The notes: a model not told the origin generated them from the sequence alone. DNA of 64,000 bases from a virus (IMGVR_UViG_3300017917_003583:1-64000), one strand, 5' to 3'. Shown: positions 38,129 to 47,083, counted from the first letter of the stretch. Made by a program: numbers and translations.

Positions 38129-38484
38129 TCGTCACCCCGAATCGTTTGGATCAATTTTTGTTTTTCTTCTCGATAGTGTTCAAGTTCAACACGGATGCTG
38201 ATCACAATGCAACTCACCAGCCATGTTGCTGCCCAGAAAATCAGTTGAGCCGTGGTTTCTTTACTTTGAGTGATGCCAGCAAGGCGCCAAAAAACTGTGA
38301 TGGTCAAAATAGGAAGGGCACAAAACACCGCAAGCCCAACGGTCCAGCCCATCAAGTGGCCTTCTTTTTTGGTTATGTCATATGTCATTGGCCACGTACT
38401 GAACAGTAGGCGCACACCCTTGACAATGACCCCGGAGTAAATTCGTCGTGCCAGCCAGGGCACAAAGTGTAGAATTTCATTCAT
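38125..38484 (-). CDS. membrane protein, paralog
   Basis: MNEILHFVPWLARR... ELEHYREEKQKLIQTI; AAGGAG RBS. Confidence 0.5.
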   Translation of the reverse strand: MNEILHFVPWLARRIYSGVIVKGVRLLFSTWPMTYDITKKEGHLMGWTVGLAVFCALPILTITVFWRLAGITQSKETTAQLIFWAATWLVSCIVISIRVELEHYREEKQKLIQTIRGDE

Positions 38485-38656
38485 CACGGCTCGACTCCTT
38501 GCGCTGGTCCAAATAGTCCAGTATGTAGTCTGATATGCCCACAAACACGGCCTGCAACATCAAGCCTGCGCCCAGCACAGCCCATCCTGCAGTCTGAGTG
38601 AACTCGTGGCCCACTGCCATGGCCACCATGATCAATCCCACAATGTAAAGTGTCAT
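38477..38656 (-). CDS. 59-aa membrane protein
   Basis: Start at MTLYIVGL. Confidence 0.35.
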   Translation of the reverse strand: MTLYIVGLIMVAMAVGHEFTQTAGWAVLGAGLMLQAVFVGISDYILDYLDQRKESSRDE

Positions 38657-38660
38657 GACG

Positions 38661-38942
38661 TCACATCCGCATGATTCGTTGCAGTTCTGTACGAGCCAGG
38701 ACGCAGTTCTCGTCCTCGGCCACAGCTTGGTCAATCAGGTCCAGAGCCAACAGTTCCAGCAAGTTGGCACCATACTGACGATCATCTGGACCCACCGCAT
38801 TGCTCCACTCACGCACCTGTTCGGGAGTTTCCAAGCTCAGCAAAATGCGAATGTCGTTGATCTGGTAGCTGTTGAATCCCAGGCGAGCAAAGTCCAAGTT
38901 CAGCAGTCGGGATTGGTAGGGGTATTTTTTGCCGTCATTCAT
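38661..38942 (-). CDS. hypothetical protein
   Basis: Start at MNDGKKYPYQ with TGGAG RBS. A 23-aa hydrophobic micro-ORF (38963..39032) sits between this gene and 39041. Confidence 0.4.
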   Translation of the reverse strand: MNDGKKYPYQSRLLNLDFARLGFNSYQINDIRILLSLETPEQVREWSNAVGPDDRQYGANLLELLALDLIDQAVAEDENCVLARTELQRIMRM

Positions 38943-39040
38943 GAGTGTGCTCCAGGGTTGATCAATAAGGGTCGCGAACTTGCGACAATGCCGCCACCGC
39001 AATTGCAAACAAAACAATGCCAAATGTCATCATGTGCTCC

Positions 39041-39412
39041 TCACAGTCCCAGTTCTTCGCGCTCTTCCTGGCTCAGTTTGGCCAGTGCATCAGCACGGAG
39101 TTGACGCTTGCGTTCAGCTTCTGCCTCGGCCTCTTCCTTGAGCCACACGCGCCAGTCCAGGCATTCCAAGACTTCATCATTTTCCGTGCTCCACTCGGGG
39201 GTGAGTGTATACGTTTTATAACCGCGCTCGTCACGGTCTTCCAACACAAACCTGCTGTGCTTGACTTCCAGTTCAAAGTTGACCCGGTTGGCACGTTCAA
39301 ACACCGCCATCATGCGATCCGTGTAAGTGGATCGAGCCACAGCTTGTTGAGCCGCTTCGTATGCTTCGCGCTCGGCTGCCAGTTCTGCCTTTGTCTTACG
39401 TGCCATCATCAA
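39041..39412 (-). CDS. hypothetical protein (paralog of 33238..33594)
   Basis: Promoter P9 with identical leader; C-terminal LAKLSQEEREELGL. Confidence 0.5.
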   Translation of the reverse strand: MMMARKTKAELAAEREAYEAAQQAVARSTYTDRMMAVFERANRVNFELEVKHSRFVLEDRDERGYKTYTLTPEWSTENDEVLECLDWRVWLKEEAEAEAERKRQLRADALAKLSQEEREELGL

Positions 39413-39413
39413 C

Positions 39414-39448
39414 TCCTGTTCGTTTACGCTATGTTGATATTATAGCAA
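39414..39448. repeat. 35-bp promoter-leader cassette, copy B
   Basis: Identical except for one nt. Confidence 0.8.
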
Positions 39449-39467
39449 AACGGGCAATTTTGGTCAA
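39439..39467 (-). promoter_or_regulatory. promoter P9 (TTGACC-17-TATAAT) plus conserved leader
   Basis: Copy B of the cassette. Confidence 0.7.
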
Positions 39468-39487
39468 CCGATTGCAGACTCAGCGCC

Positions 39488-39727
39488 TTAAGATTCGCAG
39501 GCTGTAGCAATGCCGTCGCTATAACCCGAGTTATAACCCGCTGCCTCGCCGGCACTCCACCCTTCGTCGTATCCTTGCTGTCGTGCAGCAGCCCAGACCA
39601 ATTCGGCGAACTTGGCTGTCATAATATCGGCCCTCAACGTTCCATTCGCATCACGGGACTGACCTTGACATTTTTCTTGCGCAAACAACATGGCCTGCGT
39701 TTTAAGTTCTTGAATTTTGTCGTTCAT
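39488..39727 (-). CDS. hypothetical small protein (family-2-like N-terminus MNDKIQELKTQA...FAELV)
   Basis: Promoter P10 with identical leader. Confidence 0.5.
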   Translation of the reverse strand: MNDKIQELKTQAMLFAQEKCQGQSRDANGTLRADIMTAKFAELVWAAARQQGYDEGWSAGEAAGYNSGYSDGIATACES

Positions 39728-39733
39728 GATCGG

Positions 39734-39768
39734 CTCCTGTTCGTTTACGCTATGTTGATATTATAGCA
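39734..39768. repeat. 35-bp promoter-leader cassette, copy C
   Basis: Identical except for one nt. Confidence 0.8.
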
Positions 39769-39789
39769 CAGGGAGTGAATTTCGGGCAA
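39760..39789 (-). promoter_or_regulatory. promoter P10 (TTGCCC-18-TATAAT) plus conserved leader
   Basis: Copy C of the cassette. Confidence 0.6.
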
Positions 39790-39792
39790 CCG

Positions 39793-40167
39793 TTAATCGT
39801 CGGATTCCCGCTGAGCCATGGCTTGCTCAAACGAGATGAACAGGTCGTCGCCACCGAACCGCACAAACCACACCGCTTGGCCATCCACCTGTCGCAGGAT
39901 GTAGTCATATTCTTCACGCTGTCCATTCTTCACATAGTCGTCAAAGTTGGCGTAATAGCGGATGTTCAACTCTTCGCCGCGACGGGTGTAGGGGTCACCG
40001 ATGGTGCTGGTGTCGCCCTGAGCAATCAGTTCATCCAGTTTGAATGGGTCGCTGTAGTCGTCCACTAGTTCTTGGCCCACTCCCGCCAAGTAAGAATCCC
40101 AGTGCACATATATTTGTTGAACTGTGCCATCGGCGTATTCCAGTGCAATAGTGCCTCTCGTTGCCAT
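39793..40167 (-). CDS. hypothetical protein
   Basis: Promoter P11 upstream. Confidence 0.5.
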   Translation of the reverse strand: MATRGTIALEYADGTVQQIYVHWDSYLAGVGQELVDDYSDPFKLDELIAQGDTSTIGDPYTRRGEELNIRYYANFDDYVKNGQREEYDYILRQVDGQAVWFVRFGGDDLFISFEQAMAQRESDD

Positions 40168-40199
40168 CGTTTGAACCTCGTAAGTGTTAAGATAACGCT

Positions 40200-40228
40200 A
40201 TTCTACAGCAAGAAGGTATTTTTGTCAA
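40200..40228 (-). promoter_or_regulatory. promoter P11 (TTGACA-17-TAGAAT)
   Basis: Drives 39793..40167. Confidence 0.6.
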
Positions 40229-40276
40229 CTGGGCATTATCATGTAAATATGACAAGCAACTTTTACTGGAACGGCT

Positions 40277-40855
40277 ATGGATAAAACTATACCAGTAGGA
40301 TACTACACCTACGCATACATAAACAAGAAAACAGGATTCCCATACTACATAGGAAAAGGATCAGGAAGGCGGCTATATGTTTCCCACAAAAAACACGGAG
40401 TGACTACTCCGCGGGACATAAACCAAATAGTTGTGTTGGAACAAGGCCTAACCGAAATAGGTGCGCTGGCGTTAGAGCGCAGATATATTCGATGGTATGG
40501 CCGCAAAGATAACGGCACAGGTATACTGCATAACAAAACAGACGGTGGTGACTCAACCATTGGGCATATTAAATCGGCTGGGCAAATCGAAAAACATCGT
40601 GCACAGCTTAAAGGTCGACCATGTTGGACGGACGGAAATAAGACTATTCGACGGTGGGAATGTCCAGGACCTGGATGGGTGCGCGGTAGTTTGCAAGCCG
40701 GAAAGCGTTGGTTTAACAACGGAACCGTAGAGGTATGTTGCCGAGATTGCCCCAAAGGGTGGTCAAAAGGACGGCTATCGACCATGCAAACGCATTTAAA
40801 ATCGATAGCCCTGTCAGGTGGGCAACGGGCCGCCCAAGTTAGATGGGGTAACTGA
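40277..40855 (+). CDS. GIY-YIG homing endonuclease
   Basis: [25 protein letters not shown]...RWYG GIY-YIG core; antisense to the flanking genes. Confidence 0.8.
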   Translation: MDKTIPVGYYTYAYINKKTGFPYYIGKGSGRRLYVSHKKHGVTTPRDINQIVVLEQGLTEIGALALERRYIRWYGRKDNGTGILHNKTDGGDSTIGHIKSAGQIEKHRAQLKGRPCWTDGNKTIRRWECPGPGWVRGSLQAGKRWFNNGTVEVCCRDCPKGWSKGRLSTMQTHLKSIALSGGQRAAQVRWGN

Positions 40856-40863
40856 TTCGTCGG

Positions 40864-41310
40864 TCAATCGCGGCTTTGGGGCGCGGCATCTCGAGTTGGT
40901 CGTCGTCCACGTTCGATCACTTCATCCAACTGTTGGTTGATGATGGTGAACACTTTGTTGCCAATCTCACCTGCGCGTGGGTCTTGGACAATTTGTTGTG
41001 CAGCATAAGCACCTGCCATGGTCCACGCTGTTTTGGTAGATGGAGTCATGATCTGAATCGGACCAATCACCGCTATAGTGACGAGCGCCCATTTGAGCCC
41101 TCGGCGCACAGTGGCCCGCTGACGTAGATAAGCCGAGGTGTTGGTCCCATCGTGTTTTAGATGCCAGCTGCAATTTTCTTCGCCAACCAACACGCTGTAC
41201 CAAATTCCTAAAATTATCAAGGCTATGGCCGCTGCTGCCAGCAGAATGCCCAGGGCCACAGTGAGCTTGCCCAATACACCGATCAAATATACAAAAATTG
41301 CCAGTTCCAT
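40864..41310 (-). CDS. membrane protein
   Basis: Two N-terminal TM helices. Confidence 0.45.
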   Translation of the reverse strand: MELAIFVYLIGVLGKLTVALGILLAAAAIALIILGIWYSVLVGEENCSWHLKHDGTNTSAYLRQRATVRRGLKWALVTIAVIGPIQIMTPSTKTAWTMAGAYAAQQIVQDPRAGEIGNKVFTIINQQLDEVIERGRRPTRDAAPQSRD

Positions 41311-41313
41311 GAT

Positions 41314-41628
41314 TTACTCCTTGGTTTGAGATTGAGATTGAGATTGTTGACGGCGTTTGCGAACGTTGTCTAATACTTGGGTCACCATGCTCGAGGTGTC
41401 AAGATATTTTTTACGGTCGTCCAATCGTTCCTGGACTTGTAGACGTTCTAGCTCATGTTTGTATATGCTCCAGACCACCATACACAAAATCCCAATGACC
41501 AATATTGTCAAAACAATTAATGGATAGAACATGCCCAGCGCAAATAAAGCGATAAAGCCCAAGACATAGGCCAGTATGACTCCGAGACTTTTCGCGGTGT
41601 TGATCAAGGCTTGCTGATGTAGTTTCAT
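41314..41628 (-). CDS. membrane protein with QSQSQSQ tail
   Basis: Three TM helices; the (GAGATT)n repeat encodes QSQSQS. Confidence 0.45.
   Translation of the reverse strand: MKLHQQALINTAKSLGVILAYVLGFIALFALGMFYPLIVLTILVIGILCMVVWSIYKHELERLQVQERLDDRKKYLDTSSMVTQVLDNVRKRRQQSQSQSQTKE
41323..41346. repeat. (GAGATT)4 hexanucleotide microsatellite
   Basis: gagattgagattgagattgagatt, encoding QSQSQS on the minus strand. Confidence 0.8.
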
Positions 41629-41885
41629 GGTTTGACTCCAAAATGTCTCTTGATATCTGTGGCCGCCATATCTGTTGCCGCTTTGAAGTACCCATCGTCA
41701 TCCGATGGCGCACGCCAACCCCTATCCTCAACTACGGCAACACATTCCTGCACAATCAGCTGGGCGAGTTTTTCGTTAATCTCTGCTACACGATAGACCA
41801 TTCGGTCATCAAAAAAGCCAGGACTAAACAAATCCGCAACTTCATTGGCAGCTTGAAGGGCAAGTTCTCTAATTCGTTCGGTCAT
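41625..41885 (-). CDS. small protein, family 2
   Basis: MTERIRELALQA...LAQLIVQEC...IKRHFGVKP. Confidence 0.5.
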   Translation of the reverse strand: MTERIRELALQAANEVADLFSPGFFDDRMVYRVAEINEKLAQLIVQECVAVVEDRGWRAPSDDDGYFKAATDMAATDIKRHFGVKP

Positions 41886-41888
41886 GCG

Positions 41889-42137
41889 TCAACTCCCGGA
41901 TGTTTTTGAATCGTGCAATGGGCCATACCCAAACTCCAACTGCACCCATTGTCGGTCCAGTTCATCGCTCCAGTTCCTGTCGCCGGTGTAGTAGGCACGT
42001 TCTTCAACTTGATCCAGCACTGCCTCCACGACCAACTGGGCGAATTGCTCGATGGCCGCACGTTGAGCGGGCCCAGTAACAAAGAAATTTTCAATGCGTT
42101 CGTTGCATTTCGCCAGTTCTCGGATTCGTTGGTTCAT
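41889..42137 (-). CDS. small protein, family 2
   Basis: MNQRIRELAK...FAQLVVEAV. Confidence 0.5.
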   Translation of the reverse strand: MNQRIRELAKCNERIENFFVTGPAQRAAIEQFAQLVVEAVLDQVEERAYYTGDRNWSDELDRQWVQLEFGYGPLHDSKTSGS

Positions 42138-42140
42138 GTG

Positions 42141-42344
42141 TTACCTTGAATAAATTATCACCACGTGGGTGGCCCAGCTAGGAGCAGGTTGTGATGAATC
42201 CTGAATCAGGATAGAGATATCCATGTCAGTGCCATTGGACCAAAACGCAGTGTCGTAGGCTGGATCAAACAGTTTGGGCCTTTCCCTGAACTGTGTGATT
42301 GAGAACAGGTGTCCCCAAGGATTGTTAGGTTGCATGTTGCTCAT
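42141..42344 (-). CDS. hypothetical small protein
   Basis: 67-aa ORF. Confidence 0.35.
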   Translation of the reverse strand: MSNMQPNNPWGHLFSITQFRERPKLFDPAYDTAFWSNGTDMDISILIQDSSQPAPSWATHVVIIYSR

Positions 42345-42625
42345 GCGTCAACTCCAAAGTGTCTTTTGATTTTGTGCCGAACCACGTCACATGCAGCTTC
42401 ACCTTCGGCGTAGATGGCTTTCTCGTCAAAGTCTGAGGTTGCCCGACGATGTTTCAAATACTCAGCTTGAGTTTCTGCACACAAGCCCATGCACTCTTGT
42501 GCAATCAACTGGGCGAATTTTTCATCAACCAATTCTTGCGGCAACAGTGCATCAGGCGAATACTCAATGTCTTGGCGCACTTGACTTCTCGCCTGTGCCA
42601 AAATCAGTTGAATTCGAGTGTTCAT
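42341..42625 (-). CDS. small protein, family 2
   Basis: MNTRIQLILAQA...FAQLIAQEC...IKRHFGVDA. Confidence 0.5.
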   Translation of the reverse strand: MNTRIQLILAQARSQVRQDIEYSPDALLPQELVDEKFAQLIAQECMGLCAETQAEYLKHRRATSDFDEKAIYAEGEAACDVVRHKIKRHFGVDA

Positions 42626-42771
42626 TCTTTCTTCCCCAAGATACCCTTCAACGTGAGCCCGTCAACAAATCCACGTTTGAACGGCGTGCCGGGTGCCCAA
42701 ATAACGTAGCCAACGGCTAGTCCTTGGACCCACATGAACAACATTAGCCCAGCAACAAAAAGGTCACTCAT
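42622..42771 (-). CDS. 49-aa membrane protein
   Basis: MSDLFVAGLMLFMWVQGLAVGYVIW; ATGA-coupled. Confidence 0.35.
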   Translation of the reverse strand: MSDLFVAGLMLFMWVQGLAVGYVIWAPGTPFKRGFVDGLTLKGILGKKE

Positions 42772-42976
42772 GATTTGACTCCAAAGTGTCGTTTGATTTC
42801 GTCTCGGTAGTCCATCCAGCCGGCGTAGTAGTTGAGGTCCCGGTAGTCCAGTGTGAGTTCGGCGCACTCCTGCACAACCAGCTGGGCAAACTTTTTGGGA
42901 TCAAAGTTGTCATAAACAACACCGTCGCCGCCAAAGACGGCACCAGCCTTGACCAACAGTTGATCAATTCGTTCGT
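42768..42976 (-). CDS. small protein, family 2
   Basis: MNERIDQLLVKA...FAQLVVQEC...IKRHFGVKS. Confidence 0.5.
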
Positions 42977-42981
42977 TCATG

Positions 42982-43620
42982 TTATTCACCAATCATGTCA
43001 CCGAGATAAAGGTTACCGTCTTTGCCCTCGATCACGAGATATCGAACCGCAGTGTCAAACCACGCTGGATCCAGCACAAAGCAACGGACAGACTCGATTT
43101 CGCCAAAGGTCTTTTCGCCCTGCGTGGTTGTAAATCCAGTTTGGGTAGAATACCAATTCATGTCTTTGCCCTGGGGCTTGGCCTTCCATTCACGGATCCA
43201 TTCACCGGGCTTGGACCCTATTTTTTGCAGGTGCTCAATGTATTCAGGATCGTCGTCATCGCCGAACCGTTCTTTCAGAGCATCAAGGTTGTTCTGGAAA
43301 TAGTCAGCCAAGAATTTTTTGCAGTCTGCGGTGGTGATTTTGTTCACGATGTTCACTGTGCGATCCGTTGGTTGAAACACGTCTCGGACCACAGCCCGGG
43401 CCACTGTCATGCCCGCCATTTGGTTGGAGTTGTAGAGCCCAGTGTCTTTTTCTTTCTGGATCACGTCAGCACAGGCATCAACAATGCGCTGGGCAAACCG
43501 TTCCAAGTCCACACCACCTTCAACTACCATGCCAAAGTCACCACGGCTGCGATGCACACACTGGTCCGCCAGTTCACGCAGGCGGGGATTTTGAATCTGA
43601 TCGATAACGGGATTGCTCAT
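42982..43620 (-). CDS. hypothetical protein: family-2-like N-terminal module fused to a ~140-aa C-terminal domain
   Basis: NPRLRELADQ...FAQRIVDACADV followed by an unrelated C-terminal region. Confidence 0.5.
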   Translation of the reverse strand: MSNPVIDQIQNPRLRELADQCVHRSRGDFGMVVEGGVDLERFAQRIVDACADVIQKEKDTGLYNSNQMAGMTVARAVVRDVFQPTDRTVNIVNKITTADCKKFLADYFQNNLDALKERFGDDDDPEYIEHLQKIGSKPGEWIREWKAKPQGKDMNWYSTQTGFTTTQGEKTFGEIESVRCFVLDPAWFDTAVRYLVIEGKDGNLYLGDMIGE

Positions 43621-43823
43621 GATTTGCCCCCAGATGTGATTTCAGGTACGTACACCAAGCCACGAGCAGCGAACTCATTAATATAGCTCTGTGTCATGGC
43701 ATTGGCGTTGTGATACCGACGCCAGGCAGTTTCGCAGTCAAGGGTCAGCGTTGCAATTTGTCGATCCCGAGCCTGCAGTTCTGCAATCAGCTGGTCTCGC
43801 GACAGGTTATCGTACATGCTCAT
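43617..43823 (-). CDS. hypothetical small protein
   Basis: ATGA-coupled. Confidence 0.4.
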   Translation of the reverse strand: MSMYDNLSRDQLIAELQARDRQIATLTLDCETAWRRYHNANAMTQSYINEFAARGLVYVPEITSGGKS

Positions 43824-44179
43824 GGGTTGAGTCCTTGTGGTTGTTCGGCCTGCGCCAGGGCACGTGCCAGTTCGCGGTTACGAAAATCCTGTTCTCGACG
43901 CTCACGGCGCCGGGCATCGCTCACGCGCAACATTCGGTCATAGTCTCGTGCCCATTCAATACCAGCCAGGAACGAGTCCAGTTGCTGCAGGGTGCCCGTG
44001 AAAAACTGAGCATCGCGGGTGTAAATGGGCAGGGCCTCGGTATCCCGTGGCTGGATCGACACCAGGTCATCACCGTCGCCACGACTGTACTTTGGATAAG
44101 CCAGCATAAAGCCCAGTGCAGCCGCACGATTTCGAATGCGGTCTACCATGAGAACAGTGTTGTAACCTGACATGATCAC
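43820..44179 (-). CDS. hypothetical protein
   Basis: 119-aa ORF. Confidence 0.4.
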   Translation of the reverse strand: MIMSGYNTVLMVDRIRNRAAALGFMLAYPKYSRGDGDDLVSIQPRDTEALPIYTRDAQFFTGTLQQLDSFLAGIEWARDYDRMLRVSDARRRERREQDFRNRELARALAQAEQPQGLNP

Positions 44180-44182
44180 TCC

Positions 44183-44566
44183 TTAACGATATCGCTTGGT
44201 CACGCGGTCGTAGCCAATCTTTTCATAAAAGTCCCAGACGCCCCGGCACACAGGCACAGTGTTGGGATCTTCGTCCAGTCGGGTGAGGAAACTTGCAATG
44301 GATTCACCAGATCTGGGTTCGTGAACACTGCAATACTTGACGGTCCGGGCATAAGCCACCCAGTCTCGGTTGAGAGGGTCCTCAGGAAATGCTCGGTTCA
44401 GTTCTCGTGTGCAGAACGCCTGGAACGATACGGCCTGGCGGTAGAAGTCAGGCTCCCCACGTGAGGGCATTTCCACAATGTAGAAGGTGCCGAACGTGTT
44501 GCCCGGCTCGTGAAATTCAATCAGTCGCTGTTTCATTGCCCACCCGAATAGTTGCAAAACAGTCAT
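44183..44566 (-). CDS. hypothetical protein
   Basis: 127-aa ORF. Confidence 0.4.
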   Translation of the reverse strand: MTVLQLFGWAMKQRLIEFHEPGNTFGTFYIVEMPSRGEPDFYRQAVSFQAFCTRELNRAFPEDPLNRDWVAYARTVKYCSVHEPRSGESIASFLTRLDEDPNTVPVCRGVWDFYEKIGYDRVTKRYR

Positions 44567-45053
44567 TGATGGTCAGGGTCTGTTGTTCCAGTTCATCGCG
44601 CACAGTGATCTTGCGTTGCATGATGCCATAACTGGCCATGAAAGGCTTGGCAGCGAACCGCTCCACAACCACACGACGGGCTTCGTTCTTGCTGGCCACA
44701 ATCAGATTGTCGCCCACACGAATCTCGTTGCCATATCGATCATGCGGCACACACAGGTCCATGTAAACATCATCGTAGTTCACACCCTCGGGGGTGATTT
44801 CCACTTTGGGCCGATGCCCACCGTGAACTGGGAGTGGGCGACGGATCACTTGTTGAAGGTCAAACAACCAAATGCCACCGCACAAACCTTGTGCTTGCAC
44901 CCGTTGTTGCCGCTCCATGATCTGCTCGTGGGTGAGCCCTTCAAGACGCCATTGATCAGGATAGTCCTGAACGCCGATTTCGACGCCGTCGGCAACGACG
45001 CCAGCTAGTGGGCCAGACAGGATGCGGTAACGATGGATGTATTTGCGATTCAT
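44517..45053 (-). CDS. hypothetical protein expressed from a leaderless transcript
   Basis: ATG at 45053 lies 6 nt downstream of the P12 -10 element; the ORF-track start at 45071 reads through the promoter. Confidence 0.5.
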   Translation of the reverse strand: MNRKYIHRYRILSGPLAGVVADGVEIGVQDYPDQWRLEGLTHEQIMERQQRVQAQGLCGGIWLFDLQQVIRRPLPVHGGHRPKVEITPEGVNYDDVYMDLCVPHDRYGNEIRVGDNLIVASKNEARRVVVERFAAKPFMASYGIMQRKITVRDELEQQTLTINDCFATIRVGNETATD

Positions 45054-45059
45054 GTGTGT

Positions 45060-45088
45060 ATTGTAGCACAACAGGGATTTTGAGTCAA
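45060..45088 (-). promoter_or_regulatory. promoter P12 (TTGACT-17-TACAAT), leaderless
   Basis: ATG of 44517..45053 is 6 nt after the -10. Confidence 0.6.
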
Positions 45089-45252
45089 CCGCGCGGGCCG
45101 CGTGGGCCGTTGTATCGGTTTTGGTTCTGTTGCTTGTAATACTCGTCCATGGTCCGTTTCCATTGTTCCGGGGTTGGGTCGCTGATCAAACCCTGCGGGC
45201 CTCGGGCACGACGACCACTTTTAAAGTCCCGGTATGCTGTTCTGAAACTCAT
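45085..45252 (-). CDS. 55-aa basic protein (not in ORF track)
   Basis: MSFRTAYRDFKSGRRARGPQGL..., AGGAG RBS 7 nt upstream; stop overlaps the P12 -35. Confidence 0.4.
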   Translation of the reverse strand: MSFRTAYRDFKSGRRARGPQGLISDPTPEQWKRTMDEYYKQQNQNRYNGPRGPRG

Positions 45253-45255
45253 GCG

Positions 45256-45504
45256 TTACTCCTGGATGTCAAACACCTGACGAATTCGACTCTGAACCTG
45301 TTCCGCACCTGCATAGGTGAGGTCAGAAGCCTCGTCCCTGAGCACGTCACGTACACATTCCATGCACTCGTGTGCAATCAACTCAGCAAGTTTTTCCGGG
45401 TCAAGTGTGCCCGGATAGACGTGAGTAGGTTCTCCGTTGAACCCTTGGTCTCGGTGTGGACGTGTTGTAGCCTGTGCAATCAGTTCTTGGATTCGCGGGT
45501 TCAT
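45256..45504 (-). CDS. small protein, family 2
   Basis: MNPRIQELIAQA...LAELIAHEC. Confidence 0.45.
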   Translation of the reverse strand: MNPRIQELIAQATTRPHRDQGFNGEPTHVYPGTLDPEKLAELIAHECMECVRDVLRDEASDLTYAGAEQVQSRIRQVFDIQE

Positions 45505-45505
45505 G

Positions 45506-45706
45506 TCAGTTACCTGCATAGATCGAAACATACCGTTCGCCATCTTCCAAGTCAAATGGGCCGGTGTCCTCAACCTCATCTGTCACATGTGCTGAACTCA
45601 GCTCACCGCAGTCACCTGATGCACCATGCCGATAGAACACTTCCAAGTCACCGTGACCTTGTGCTTCCAGTTCTTGCAATTGTTTGATAAATTTTGACAG
45701 TTTCAT
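45506..45706 (-). CDS. hypothetical small acidic protein
   Basis: Start at MKLSKF. Confidence 0.35.
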   Translation of the reverse strand: MKLSKFIKQLQELEAQGHGDLEVFYRHGASGDCGELSSAHVTDEVEDTGPFDLEDGERYVSIYAGN

Positions 45707-45957
45707 TATTCCACTCCAAACCGTTCTTTGAACGTCTCCACAGCCAGCAATCGACCATTGACCCATCCACGGTTGTATTCACTCAACTCGTCCGGGTGAG
45801 TCATGGCATACTCGGGCGTCATCAGGCTGTTGACACAATCTTGCACCAGCAGCTGGGCAAATTTTTCAAACACCTCGTCGGTGACGTGCAGGTTGCCCTC
45901 GTGTAGTGTGCAAAGATCAAAGGCTTGGATTTGCAGTTCTCGAATTCGTTTGTTCAT
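45706..45957 (-). CDS. small protein, family 2
   Basis: MNKRIRELQIQA...FAQLLVQDC...FKERFGVE. Confidence 0.5.
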   Translation of the reverse strand: MNKRIRELQIQAFDLCTLHEGNLHVTDEVFEKFAQLLVQDCVNSLMTPEYAMTHPDELSEYNRGWVNGRLLAVETFKERFGVE

Positions 45958-46196
45958 GATATACCTCTCAGGAGTTTTAGTTCAGCAACTGAGTCAACAG
46001 GTGCCCGGCCGTGATGCCACTGGGCTTGTAACTGGGCCCATTCTTGTTCAGTGGGTGGACTGATCTGTTGTCTATCGCACACCACACCCACCCATTCCCG
46101 CCACAGTCCACGCTCGATGTGGGGATTTTGCTGTAGATACTGTGCATTCTCCTCTTCGGGAGTGAGGTCCAGGTCGTCGCGTGGGTCATAGTACCG
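45954..46196 (-). CDS. hypothetical small protein
   Basis: Start at MRYYDPRDD. Confidence 0.35.
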   Translation of the reverse strand, partial: RYYDPRDDLDLTPEEENAQYLQQNPHIERGLWREWVGVVCDRQQISPPTEQEWAQLQAQWHHGRAPVDSVAELKLLRGIS

Positions 46197-46560
46197 CATC
46201 ACTGACTCCAAACTTTTCACGCACCGCATGCACAAACATTTGGCACACATCAACTTCTTCAAGTTCGACACTGCTAAACTTGGCATCCGCCAATGCTTCG
46301 TCAATTTTTAGTTGGACCGATTTAACCAATTTAGTTGTCCAGTTTTTGACTGTGCATCCTTTGAGCATTAGCCAGGCTTGTGTTTGTTCGCTGCACCTGG
46401 CATAGAAAAAGTGAGTAGAGCCCGAGCCGTGAGTCCATTTCAGCACAGTGACTCCCTCACTACGTAGGAAGTCAATGGCAGCATCTTGGGTCGCCCAGTG
46501 ATCGGTGTCCCCGTTGAATGACGGCACACCGATCAACAACAAATCCCCAGATGGTTTCAT
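46186..46560 (-). CDS. hypothetical protein with family-2-type C-terminus (VREKFGVSD)
   Basis: 124-aa ORF. Confidence 0.4.
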   Translation of the reverse strand: MKPSGDLLLIGVPSFNGDTDHWATQDAAIDFLRSEGVTVLKWTHGSGSTHFFYARCSEQTQAWLMLKGCTVKNWTTKLVKSVQLKIDEALADAKFSSVELEEVDVCQMFVHAVREKFGVSDAVL

Positions 46561-46808
46561 GGTTCAACTCCGAAATGTTTCATGATGCCATCACGAACAT
46601 AAAACTGCAAGTCGCTGGGCGGAGCGTCAGGTTCTTGATCAAAAATATCAAAACCTTTCTTGGCACACTCCCGAACAAGCAACTCAGCGAAACGGTCCAA
46701 GGTTTCTTGATTGATGATCCAGCCGTTGCATTCTGGACGAACCGGATCGTGGTGACTGACTTGATTGCAGCCAGCTTGCCAGGCAAGTTCATCAACACGT
46801 TGGTTCAT
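46557..46808 (-). CDS. small protein, family 2
   Basis: MNQRVDELAWQA...FAELLVREC...IMKHFGVEP. Confidence 0.5.
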   Translation of the reverse strand: MNQRVDELAWQAGCNQVSHHDPVRPECNGWIINQETLDRFAELLVRECAKKGFDIFDQEPDAPPSDLQFYVRDGIMKHFGVEP

Positions 46809-47083
46809 TATTCCATCCCGTCAATTTCAAAACGCTCAGCCAGTCGGTTGCGCAAGGTCACTTGATACAGGTTCATACTGGTCTTGAACCCTGGAGTCTG
46901 TATGCTGGCATCGGCTTTGAGTTCGTTGCAAGTTTCCTTGCTGGCCCGCGCACATTCACGAACAATTCGCTCAACAAACCCATCCAACTCCGATGCAGTG
47001 AAACAGAACACCGTAGTAGCCTGTGACCCATGTTCGTCAGTGGCACCACTCTGTCTTGCCAAGTCTTGGAATCGCGTGTTCAT
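46808..47083 (-). CDS. small protein, family-2-like
   Basis: MNTRFQDLARQS...FVERIVRECA. Confidence 0.4.
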   Translation of the reverse strand: MNTRFQDLARQSGATDEHGSQATTVFCFTASELDGFVERIVRECARASKETCNELKADASIQTPGFKTSMNLYQVTLRNRLAERFEIDGME

